This document shows positions 11,001 through 23,000 of a DNA stretch of 64,000 nucleotides, in pieces. Every line of letters starts with the position of its first letter. Position 1 is the stretch's first letter. A program made the position numbers and the translations under genes. Origin of the DNA: Sphyrna mokarran (lineage: Eukaryota); NCBI GenBank assembly GCA_024679065.1, contig JAGIQG010000031.1, forward strand, positions 19,778,001 through 19,842,000, read 5' to 3'. The notes under the pieces are model-generated. The model was not told the origin of the DNA, made no database searches, and saw only the letters and a list, made by a program, of their open reading frames with translations.

Positions 11001-14000
11001 AAGGTACGTCCATTCAAAAGTGAGATATTTGTCTGGATTCTTCATGTCTGCTGTTTCAATGGCGTATTGAAGGATAATTCTCAAATTGTGAAAAAATAAT
11101 CTGCTTTCTATATCCTGCTCAGCTTCGGAACTTGTTCAGATAAGACATAGCTGATTAATATAAAACAATGATTTCAATTCTTCATGCAGCTAATAATGTG
11201 CTGGAGGAACATGATCTAGTAAACATTATTCACTGCATTTTGTAATTTTAAAATCGCCCTTGTAAAATACAGTTTCCAAGCCATGTAATAGAAAAGAAAG
11301 GATAGAAGATAGCAGGAATCTAACTTCAGGCAGAACGGAAAAGGTGATAAGTCTGAGAAGGGAATTTGTCTCTGAGGATGTTGTACCTAAATGCGCACAA
11401 TATACAGAAAAGGATAAATGAGCTTGTTGCACACTTTGAAATTGGCCGGGATATGTTGTGGATCTCACAGAGACATGGCTGCAAGGGGATCAGGACTCGA
11501 ATCTAAATATCCAAGGATATTGGTCCCATCGAAAAGACAGGCATATATGCAAAGGGGACAGGATGGCTCCGTTGGTAAGGAATGAAATTAAATCAATTGC
11601 AAGAAGCGATATAGGGCCAGAAGGCATAGAATTCTGTGGATGCGATAAAGAATGGCAAAGATAAAAGGATCCTCAAGGGAGTTATGTACGGGCCCTGTCG
11701 TGGTGGTCAATATGGGGCAGAAAATCAATCAAGAGGCAGAAAATGCCTCTTCAAGTTATTTAAGGCAATATTACAATAATCATGAAGGGCTTCAATATGC
11801 AGGTGGGCTGGGAAAATCAGGTAGGCAATGGATCCAAGAAATGGAGTTTGTGAAATGTTTAAGAGATAGATGAATTATTGGAGCAGCTTGTGACAGAGTC
11901 TACCAGGGAACAGGCAATTCTGGATTTGGTGATGTGGAATGGAGCAGACTTGATTAGGGAACTTAAGGTGAAGAAACCCTCAGAGCTGTGACCTCAATAT
12001 GATGGAATTTACCCTGCAGCTTGAGAGGGGGAAGCTGGAATCAGATTGTAGAGTACACAATACAGACAACTACAAGGACATGTGGAGGAGCTGGACAGAC
12101 GTGATTGAAAAAGCAAGCTTGCCGGGAAGACAGTGGATCATTAATTTTGGGGGCTATTCGGGAGGACAACAAAAATTCAGACCAAGGCGGAGGAAAAATA
12201 TAAAGGGGAGAACGAGGCATCCATGGCTAAAGAGTGAAGTCAAGGACAGCATAAAAGCAGACAATTCATACAACGAGGTGGGGATTAGTGGGAAGCCAGG
12301 GGATTGGAAAGTCTTTAAAAGTGAACAGAGGACAACTAAATAAGCAGTAAGATGAGAGAAGATGAGATATGAGTGTAAGCTAGTTAGTAATATAAAAGGA
12401 CATAGGAAGAGTATTTTTTAATATCTAAAAGGTGAGAAAAAGGCAAAAATACACATTGGCCACTGAAAAATTAGATTGGAGAAGTAATAATGCAGGAAAC
12501 AAAGAAATGGCAGAGAGAAACAAAAAGGACAGCATCGACAAGTTGGCTGAAGGATCTGTTTCCATGCTGTAAACCTTTAGGACTCTATGACTCTATCACT
12601 CTATAACTGAATAGTCACCTTCCATCAATTTTCATGATGGAAGATTCCAGTGGGATGACAGAGCACCAGAGAATCGGGGGCATAGGTGAGTGTAGTGGGC
12701 ATCACGAAGGAGAAGGTTCTGGAAGACTGAAAGGTGGATAAATCACCTGGACCTGGTGAACTATACCTCAGGGTGTTAAAATTGATAGGTGAGGAAATTT
12801 TGGAGGGATTGGTGGTGATATTTCAGGAATCACTGGAGGCAGGAAGATCCCAGAGGACTGAAATGATCAATCTGTGGAAATCTTTGCTGCACAAGGCTGT
12901 GGAGGCCACGTCATTGAGAGTTTTTAACCAGAGATAGATAGATCTTGATTAAAAGGAGATCAGGTGTTATGGGAAAAAGGCAAGAGAATGAGAGTGTAAA
13001 ACATATCCGACATGATTGAATGGTGGAGTATACTCAATGGGCCGAATGGCTTAATTCTGCTCTTATGTCTTATTGCCTTATGTAGCTAATTTCCAAATTG
13101 GAATACCAGTATTTCAGATCTCAATCAGCAAGGGAAATTGCGGTCCATGAAATTCCCCATTTTATTCTGCATTAGTTTGCGTCTTCTGAGTTTCCTGTTG
13201 TTTATACTAATATTACCGATTGATTGTTTGCCTTAAGAAGATGTGATTAACTGAAGTGCAACGTTTTAAAATAACTTTCAAATTTTTGCAATTAAGCAGC
13301 AGTGCCAGGAGTGAAATTTGCAGGGTTCTGTAATGTAGCTACTGTAGTCAGGGAAGCAGATTAGTTTGGTGAATGGTACATGCGCGACAGGATATCTGCC
13401 GCAGGATTTACAATCAGCTGTAGTTTAACGAGTTTGACATCTGACGAGGAGATGGTAGAAATCGTGAGTTTTAAGTTTTTAAGTTTATTTCTTAGTATCA
13501 ACAATGGCTTGCATTAACACTGCAAAGAAATTACGATGAAAATCACCTCATCGCCAAACTCCGGTGCACATAGAATTTGGCATGGCTAATGAACTTAATC
13601 AGCACACTTTTGGGACTGTGGGGTAAAACTGGAGGAAACCCACGCAGATATGGGACAGCGTTCAGTCACCGCACAGACAGTGACCCAAGCCAGGAACTGA
13701 ATCCGTGTTCCTGCAGTACCACCATGCCACCCACATTAATTTAACTTCTGTGTATTTGTTTAACATCTATGCATATATCGGTGATTAGGACAAATAAATA
13801 CTTTCAACATTTAACCAAACCAGCGGATCAGACACTATGACATGGGACCTGGGAGAAAATAGATTCGTGCAGATCATTCGTGGTGAAGCAGTAATGCCCG
13901 AGAAAGGAAAATGAATGAAATTTATGTGAGTTAATAAGCCCAGAGGAATGAGCACGAATAGGAATCAGTTTGCAGATGATTGCTTTTCACTTTCATGCCT

Positions 14001-17000
14001 TGGGCAGCCCTAGATACGTAGATAAACTGGATAAAGGTCTGCTCTTGAAACATTGAGTAATTAGAACAGAATGACATGAAAAAAACATAAGAGGAATTCA
14101 TCAGTACAATGAGGGGTTGAAAGGATATAAACAGGAAGCATATGGAGAGAAAACTGAATGGATTGAAGTAGACCCATCCATCTTCACCGATACGTCACTG
14201 ACATGTTGAGATTGTGAACCTTTTTGGGACAAAGAAAGATTATTTCCCCTGGTCTTTCAGTGGGTTGGAGGGGGAATTTCAGGATGCTGGCAGACAGAGT
14301 TTTTTAAAATTCATTTGTGTGACGTGGGTATCGCTGGCTGGGTCAGCATTTATTATCAAATCCTAATCACTTTTCAAGGGCAGTCAAGTCAACGACATTG
14401 CTGTGGCTCTGGAGTTACATATAGGCCATATCGGGTGAGAACGGCATATTCCCTTCCCTGAAGGACATTTTGAAACAGATGAGTGTTTCCTACAGGGGCA
14501 ATGGTTGCATGATCGTACAATATAATTCCAGATTTTATATAATAGAGTTCAAGTTACACCACCTGCCATAGTAGAATTCGAACCTTGGCCCCCAGACCAT
14601 AAGTTACCAGATCAATAGTCTTGTGATAACACCACTAAGCTACCGCCTTGCCTATAAAAACTAACATATTAATTACATGACAGAAGCAAGAACAGAAAGA
14701 GACAAGTAGTTGGGGAATTGAAAGATTAAGTACGTGGCTTGAAGATTGTTATGAGGAAATAGGTTTTGCTTCCTCGACACTGGCAGCTGCATTGCAGAAA
14801 GTAGGTGTTGTACGATTGGGACATCTTTCAACTGACCTGTGTTGGACCTGTGTCCTGATGTGCTGTATAAATAGAGTGGCGACGAGGACTTCCAAAGAAA
14901 AAGTGTGGGCAAGGGATAATGTAAGAGGGCATGTGGTAAATCAGAGGAAAATAACAAGGTAACAGAATGGTGATTTAGTTAACGATTGGGACATGAAGGG
15001 AAAGATAAATCAACTTTATGAGTATCGCAGCAGATGAGGCCGGAAACTGCAGAAATAGTAACAAGATGGAAATATAGAGGGGCTTACAGCACTCAGAAAC
15101 ATGGTAGCATTGATAGATATAATATACTGACTTGACAGTCAGTATAAGAAGGCCGAGGCTTAGATGTATATGTTGAAAAATACGAGATATTTTCAAGTGA
15201 TAGGAAGCGAGGAAAAGGAAATGAAATTACTCTGTAAATAAAAGGACATCATTGTTACAGTAGCTGGAGAGCAAGTATAGAATCTGTTTGAATAGAGATG
15301 ACAAATAGTAACGGTGAAATATCACACGTGGGAGTGGCACAGAGGACCCTGAACTGTGGGTACCAAAGGGTGCACATAAAAATCAATGGAACTCGAATAA
15401 AAAGTGCTGCAATAATCATGAGTGAGTGAAATCTACACGTAGCTTGGGCGAATCATATCATCAAATGTAATCTGGACCATAAATTCATGGAGTGTTTATT
15501 CTAAAAGAAGGAAGCCATATCTGGATTCATGCGCAGAATGTTGGCTTTCTTTGAAATATATATAATAGTTCGGGGAATGTTCACGCATTCGTGGGATGAG
15601 GGGCCTATTGAATGAAGGAAGATTGGATATTTTCGACCCATATCCATTTGAATTTAGAAGAGTGAGATATCTTGAGAGGCTTGGATAGAATAGATATCAG
15701 GAAGATATTCCACTTAGATTCTAACAAGGGGACGCGGTTTAAGAATAAGTCTACGTGTTAAGGTGGAGATTTTCGTCTCAGAGGGTCGTTACTCTACAGA
15801 ATTCACACCCAGAATGCAGTGGCGGCTCTGTTGTTGAATCTAATTAGGATGGATTGAAGCAGATTTTGGATCGGCAAGGCAGTGAAGGGTTGTTAATGGA
15901 ACGGGTTGCAGACAACAAAATGGAGTTGAAACTACAGTCAAAACAGCCAGGGAATTATTGAATGGCGGAGTACGTTCGACAAGCTGAATGGTTTACTCCA
16001 ATATTGCTTTGCATCATCCTAACAGCATTTTGAAATTGCAGCAAACTGCAATCATTAAAGAATGATGATCAAACATCATTAGCATGTTGAAGAATAGGGC
16101 AGGTCAGTGGAGGATAGGTTGCAACAGCGACCTGACTGTAGGGATTAATAAGCGGAATTTTATATCTTCGCCCCAGCAAGACCAGAACCTTTCACCCAGA
16201 TATTTCCAACACTCACCCACTTCGAATCTGTGGCGGGTAAGGTAGTAAAAATTCGGTGAATGATTGCAACCATAGAGAAGGAGTAGCGGTGAATCCATTG
16301 GTCTTGTTGAGTTTGAGAATGTTCGCAATTAACTCACTCCAACAGCTTCCTGTGTGCTCCGTTGTAGAAACTTTCGTTCCGATTTTACAATCTCTTTGAC
16401 CCCGTTTTCTAGAGCGAAAACTGGATAAAGTCAGTCGAGAGACCAATAGCGAGACCCGCGTCCGCCGACGCTCCGGATTCCCCCTTCACCAAGACTCCAA
16501 AATGGCTGCGCCAATACTCATGAGAAGGCGTTTGCATTAATTTCAATTGACTTAATGGACTGCAGGCCCATCTTTACTGGCATTTCCCCCTTTAGCATTG
16601 TGTTCGCCCACCCAGAATTGGCACAAAACTGAAATGTTCCTTAAAAGGCCGATTCCAGAACTCCAGTTAGTAGATACTTAGAGTCCTACGGCTCACTGCT
16701 GAGATCTGTGGACGAGGGGGTGAGTGGGGTCAGCTGCAACTTTGCCTCAGATCAGTGGGGGGGTGGGGAGGAGGGGCGGGGCCTGTCATCGGTCTGGGTG
16801 GTGGGTTTATGGACATAAAAGGGACAGTAATGTTGTGGAATGAGACAATTTCTGTTAGAAGAAGGAGGTGGCATTATCCGGTCCGGAAGGGATGCGGCAG
16901 GGGAGTGTGGTGTATCATGTTCTGTGCATGCGCAATTGGATGCGCCGAAGAGACCTACACCGTTATAGCATTTAACGCCGCACAAAGACTTCTACAGCAA

Positions 17001-20000
17001 GATTCGGAATCGCTGACATTTTTGCAGGCAAAGTACACCTCGCACTTTGAATGAAAATGGTAAAATAGGGCCCTGTGAGTTCCAAGTGGAAAGTTGCTTG
17101 CATTAAACCTTTTTTTTTAAAGTCAACCGTCACCAGTCAAAGTCAGAGCATTTAATTTAAATCATGTTTCCTTCCCTTCATGAAATCAGGATCGAGTTGC
17201 TCCAATTGGAATTCACCAGTGAACGTTGGAGCATAGGCATTAGGAACAGAAATTGGTGATTGAACCCTTGGAACATGCTCCGCCATTCAATCAGATCATG
17301 GCTGATCTTTCCCTGCTCTCAAATCCACCTCCCGACCTGAATCCCATATCTACTTAGCTTTTTTATCAGAGTGGTTACTGAGATTGCCATGGACACTGCA
17401 CCGCCTTTAAAATGTACACATATTTCAATGTCATTGGACAGACTGAGCCGCTAACACAGGGCCGATCACTGGAAGATTACAGAAGGAACAGAAAATCGCC
17501 CACAAGGACAGAAAGTACTCAGGTGTCATTCTGTATATGTGATATCAATTTGATTATATTTTGGCACATTGTCAATGTTGGATTGCTGGAGAAATCGTAT
17601 TTGTGCTTTCTTAATATGGGGAATGTGAAACTGATGTCATCATGTATCCCGATGTCATTTCTTCCATAAAGTATCGGAAATTCATACCCCACATTTGTTA
17701 CATTTGGATTTTTCTTTCATTTCCTGTCTCAGTGGATTATAACTCTGAACTTCTTATTTCAGACAGACCTGGGGACAATCAGACTATCCAACCAGGTAAA
17801 GTCTCTTTATGTTACTCGCTATCCCTGTTATTGCCCCACCTCGTTAAATATGAAGGCTGGTCCACAATCTCAATATCTTTTTGATCATAGATTAACCTGC
17901 TGTCTGGTTATCAATGGTGGGGATTGTGTTGCGTTCACTCTTCTGAATGAGCTTTCATTTCAATTCAGAGTGCTGTTGTCGCCAAACAAGTAGATAAAAA
18001 AAGAGACTCGTTGAAGAACAGAATGTGAAGGATCAGCTTCACTCACACTGCTCCCAATTTCCACCTCATCAATCAGATTGAAGTCGAAATCACACGAATA
18101 TTTTAAACAAGGGCACTCAGAAAAAAATGCCTCTGCTTGTGAGGGAGTCCAGAACTAGGGGTTAGAGTTTGACGATAAGCCTTTTAGGACTGTCCCGGAT
18201 TATCTCTGGGACTTGCGGGAAGCCGCTATTCTGCGTCGGCAAATGGGCTGCGGGACGGCGATCTCCGCACCGGGCAAGGCTCACTCTGGAGAAGGATCTG
18301 GATCAATTCTCCCAAAGAGTATTGAGTGCGACGAGCATGAGGCCTCCTTGTGGGATTGTGCTTGGTTTGACTATGCTCCAAATTCAGACTCCAAAGCTGC
18401 CGGTGTCATCTGCTCAGGTAAAAATCCTACTGCAGTCTCTCATTTCCAATCAGTTTCCCTGAAAAGGCGGAGGTAAAATAACCTTGGATTATTATTAATT
18501 GGGGACGGAACGGTGGCGCAGCCTTTAACACTGTTGTCTCACAGAGCCAGAGACCAGTGTTTGATTCCCGGCTTGGGCCACTGCCCGAGCGGAGACATTT
18601 TTATAGTAAAACAGGCCAGATGAGTAAACTGTTCAATAAATACACACAATCCTCTGGAAATTCCTGGAATCTGACCCATAGTTTTCTTCTGGTCACCATC
18701 ATTCGCAATCTCCTCCCCTTCTTTACTCGATTTAATATTCACTCCGGGTGTTCCCCTCCCCTTCGTTACCAGGTTTAATATTCACTCTGTTTTTTTTGGA
18801 GCGGGTGTGGCGTTTGTGTTTGGACACAGTCTAATGTTCTCATTGATTCCTCTGTCCGGTGAACGGGATGGGAATGTGCGGTGGGAAACTGCGGGTTTAA
18901 TCCACTGTAACGCCTGACATTATTTCTGACATTTTACAGAGGAGCGGATGCTGAGGCTGGTGAATGGGAGCAGTCGGTGCTCTGGGAGAGTGGAGGTTCA
19001 CTACAAGGGTCAGTGGTGGACTGTCCCGGATTATCTGTGGGACTTGCGGGAAGCCGCTGTTGTGTGTCGGCATCTGGGCTGCGGGACGGCGATCTCCGCA
19101 CCGGACAACGTTCACTTTGGAGAAGGATCTGGATCAATTCTACCAAAGAGTATTGGGTGCGGCTGGTATGAGACCACCTTGTGGGATTGTGCTTGGGTTG
19201 ATTATACTCCAAATTCAGACTCCAAAGCTGCCGGTGTCATCTGCTCAGGTAAAAATCCTACTGCAGTCTCTCATTTCCCGTCAGTTTCCTGAAAAGGCGG
19301 AGGTAAAATAATCATGGATTATTATTAATTGGGGACGGGACTGTGGTGTAGCCTTTAACACTGCTGTCTCACAGAGCCACGGACCAGTGTTTGATTCCTG
19401 GCTTCGTGCCGAGAAATTTTAAAGTAAAACAGGCCAGATGAGTAAACTGTTTAATAAATACACACAATCCTCTGGAAATTCCTGGAATCTGACCCATAGT
19501 TTTCTTCTGGTCACCATCATTCGCAATCTCCTCCCCTTCTTTACTCCATTTAATATTCACTCTTTTTTGGAGCGGGTGTGGCGTTTGTGTTTGGACACAG
19601 TCTAATGTTCTCATTGATTCCTCTGTCCGGTGAACGGGATGGGAATGTGCGGTGGGACACTGCGGGTTTAATCCTCTGAAACGCCTGACATTATTTCTGA
19701 CATTTTACAGAGGAGCGGATGCTGAGGCTGGTGAATGGGAGCAGTCTGTGCTCTGGGAGAGTGGAGGTTCACTACAAGGGTCAGTGGTGGACTGTCCCGG
19801 ATTATCTGTGGGACTTGCGGGAAGCCGTTGTTGTGTGTCGGCATCTGGGCTGCGGGCCAGCGATCTCCGCACCGGGCAAGACTCACTTTGGAGAAGGATC
19901 TGGATTAATTCTACCAAAGAGTATTGAGTGCGGTGGGCATGAGGCCTCCTTGTGGGATTGTGCTTGGTTTGATTATTCTCCAAATTCAGACTCCAAAACT

Positions 20001-23000
20001 GCCGGTGTCATCTGCTCAGGTAAAAATCCTACTGCAGTGTCTCATTTCCTGCCAGTTTCCTGAAAAGGCGGAGATAAAATAATCATGGATTATTATTAAT
20101 TGGGGACGGAACGGTGGTGTACCCTTTAACACTGCTGTCTCACAGCGCCAGGGACCAGTGTTTGATTCCCGGCTTGGGCCACTGTCCGAGCGGAGACATT
20201 TTTATAGTAAAACAGTCCAGATGAGTAAACTGTTTAATAAATACACACAATCCTCTGGAAATTCCTGGAATCTGACCCATAGTTTTCTTCTGGTCACCAT
20301 CATTCGCAATCTCCTCCCCTTCTTTACCAGGTTTAATATTCACTCTTTTTTTTGGAGCGGGTGTGGGGGATATGTTTGGACACAGTCTAATATTCTCATT
20401 GATTCCTCTGTCCAGTGAACGGGATGGGAATGTGCGGTGGGACACTGCGGGTTTAATCCACTGTAACGCCTGACATTATTTCTGACATTTTACAGAGGAG
20501 GTGACGCTGAGACTGATGAATAGGAGCAGTCCATGCGCTGGGAGAGTGGAGGTTCACTACATGGGTCAGCAGTGGACTGTAGCGGATTATCTGTGGGACT
20601 TGCGGGAAGCCGCTGTTGTGTGTCGGCATCTGGGCTGCGGGATGGCGATCTCCGCACCGGGCAAGGCTCACTTTGGAGAAGGACTTGGATCAATTCTTCC
20701 TATGAGTATTGAGTGCAGCGGGCATGAGCCCTCCTTGTGGGAATGTGCTAGGTTTGACTATACTCCAAATTCAGACTCCAAAGCTGTCGGTGTCATCTGT
20801 TCAGGTAAAAATCCTACTGCAGTCTCTCATTCACCGCCAGTTTCCTGAAAAGGCGGAGGTAAAATGATCATGGGACATTATATTGGGGCGGGACAGTTGG
20901 GTAAACTTTAGCACTGCTGCCCACAGCACCAGGGACCAGGGTTTGATTCCCGGCTTGGGCTATAGTGCGTGCACAGACATTTTTACGACAAAACAGGCCA
21001 GACGAGTAAACTGTTTAATAAATACACACAATTCCTCTGGAATTCCTGGAATCTGGCCCATAGTTTTCTTCTGGTCACCATCACAACTGACTAAGTCATT
21101 TAGCACAGTCAATACACCTATTCAATGCATCTTTAATTAATTAAGTAATTTTCCACAATTTTCTGTTTGTCAGATTTTGCTGAGTATCTTGGAAATCTGT
21201 TAAAATGTTAGTTTTAAGGTTTGTTATTGGATGTTCATTTTCTGATGCATTATTCTAGAACAGTTTTGTCTCTAGGTGAGGATATGTGGCAGCATCGACC
21301 CACGTATATTATCATTAGAGTATTCAGAAACTCAGCTAATTTTTTGAGAATCCGGAATTGAATCCTGCCTCGGCAGATGGTGGAATTTGAATTAAATACA
21401 AACAGATATATGGAATTAAGAATCTACTGGCGACCATGGAACTATTGTTGATTGTCCGGAAAACCCATCCGATTGACTAATATACCTTCCGGAAGTAAAT
21501 TTGCAGTTCTTACGTGGTCTGGCCTATTTGTGAGATCCCAGAACCACAGCAATATGGTTGGCTCTGAACTGCCCTCGAGTAAGTAACGATGGGCAATAAA
21601 TGCTGGCAAGTCAGCGACTCCCATTTCCAATGAATGAAAAAACCCACAGATTTTAAGGAGTGAAATAATGTCTCGTTGCTTCCATGTGAGTTTTCTCAGC
21701 TGTTTCACCATATGCTCACTGAGTTTTCAGAAACTGATGACTTTGTGTCTCATGAGCAGTTGATAACTTGTTCTCCATTTCTGTGCTGAAGTTAAACGCC
21801 TAAACTTTCCAAAGGAGACAGAAGTCATTTTTGTGACATTTTAATTCCAGCTCATTGTACGGATCCAGGTCACAGTGACCCAGCGGTGAGCACTGGTACC
21901 TCACAGCGCCAGGGATCTGGGTTCGATTCCCGGTTTTGGTCACTTCTGTGTCGAGTTTTCACATTCTCCCACCTCTGGGTAGGATTCCTCCACGGGTTGC
22001 AGTTTCCTCCCATAGTGCAAAAATGTGCTGGTTATTTGGATTGGCTATGCAAAATTGCTCCTTACTGTCAGAGGAGCAGCTAAGGTGAATACATGGGACT
22101 GTGGAGATAGCACCTGGATGGTATTATGATTGGTGCAGATTCGGTGAGCCAAATGGTTTCCTTCTGTACTGTAGGCTTCTAGTACAAGAGTACTTCTTAG
22201 TACAATAGTACTGTGTTGTAGAAACTAGATTTTCAAATAAAACTCAAAAGCTAAATTGGACTATTTTGATCAAAACTTTTAAAACGTATCTGACCAGATA
22301 AAGGTGGCATGGTGGCACAGTGTCTAGCATACTGCCTCACAGCAAGAGGGACCTGGGCTTGGGTCACTGCATATGTAGAATTTCCAAGCTTTCTCTGTGT
22401 CTGCGTGGGTTTCCTCCGGGTGCTCTAGTTTCTCCCACACCTGAAAGATGTACTGGTTAGGTGTATTGGCTGTCCTAAATTCTTCGTCAGTGTCCGCGAA
22501 CAGGACCGGAATGTGGCGAAGAGCGTATTTTCACAGTAACCTCATTGCAGAGTTAATTAACACCTACATGTGTCACAATAAATAAACTTTTAAAAAAAAC
22601 AACAGGCAGAGCGTCCCCTGCCTGGGATATGGTGTGATTGATGAGATGATCGAAAATCTCCTAAACGTTTTATTCGATATAAAGCACTTTATATCCTCAC
22701 CATCTATTGAAATATAATTCTCAGGCAGTGCGAAGGCCAGACTGGTGAATGGAAGCAGTACCTGTGCAGGAAGAGTCGAGCTATATTGGAGTGGAAGCTG
22801 GGCCTCACTTTGCCGAGATAACTCCTCCTGGTTGTTGAACGATGCAGAACATTTTTGTAAGCAGTTGCACTGTGGCTCTGCGGTAGCAGCGCTGCTGAAT
22901 TCTCATTTTGGAGAAGGATTGGGGCCTGTAATCGGACCGCCTGACTGTGGACACCAGCAGGATGTTGGAGTTATCTGTTCAGGTACAAACTCAAAGATTA

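Larger units (their letters stand above)
4171..19500 (+). repeat. Left arm of a large inverted duplication (partner ~46555-64000)
   Basis: Colinear reverse-complement identity; 64000 pairs with 4171; mirrored ORFs include 4320/63851, 5856/62314, 9003/58125, 17412/48645 and 18948/47107. Confidence 0.97.
18188..21082 (+). repeat. Tandem array of 4 SRCR exon-plus-intron units (spacings 831, 771 and 785 bp)
   Basis: Near-identical exons and introns; each intron carries the same SINE head remnant. Confidence 0.95.

Noticed and set aside
18539-20693. Numerous repeated alternative-frame and antisense ORFs
   Set aside because: By-products of the tandem duplication of SRCR exons and introns.
18188-21082. 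Repeat array as CRISPR-like or RAG-recombining segments
   Set aside because: The units are ~0.8 kb exon-intron duplications; no short repeat/spacer structure and no heptamer-spacer-nonamer RSS was seen flanking them.
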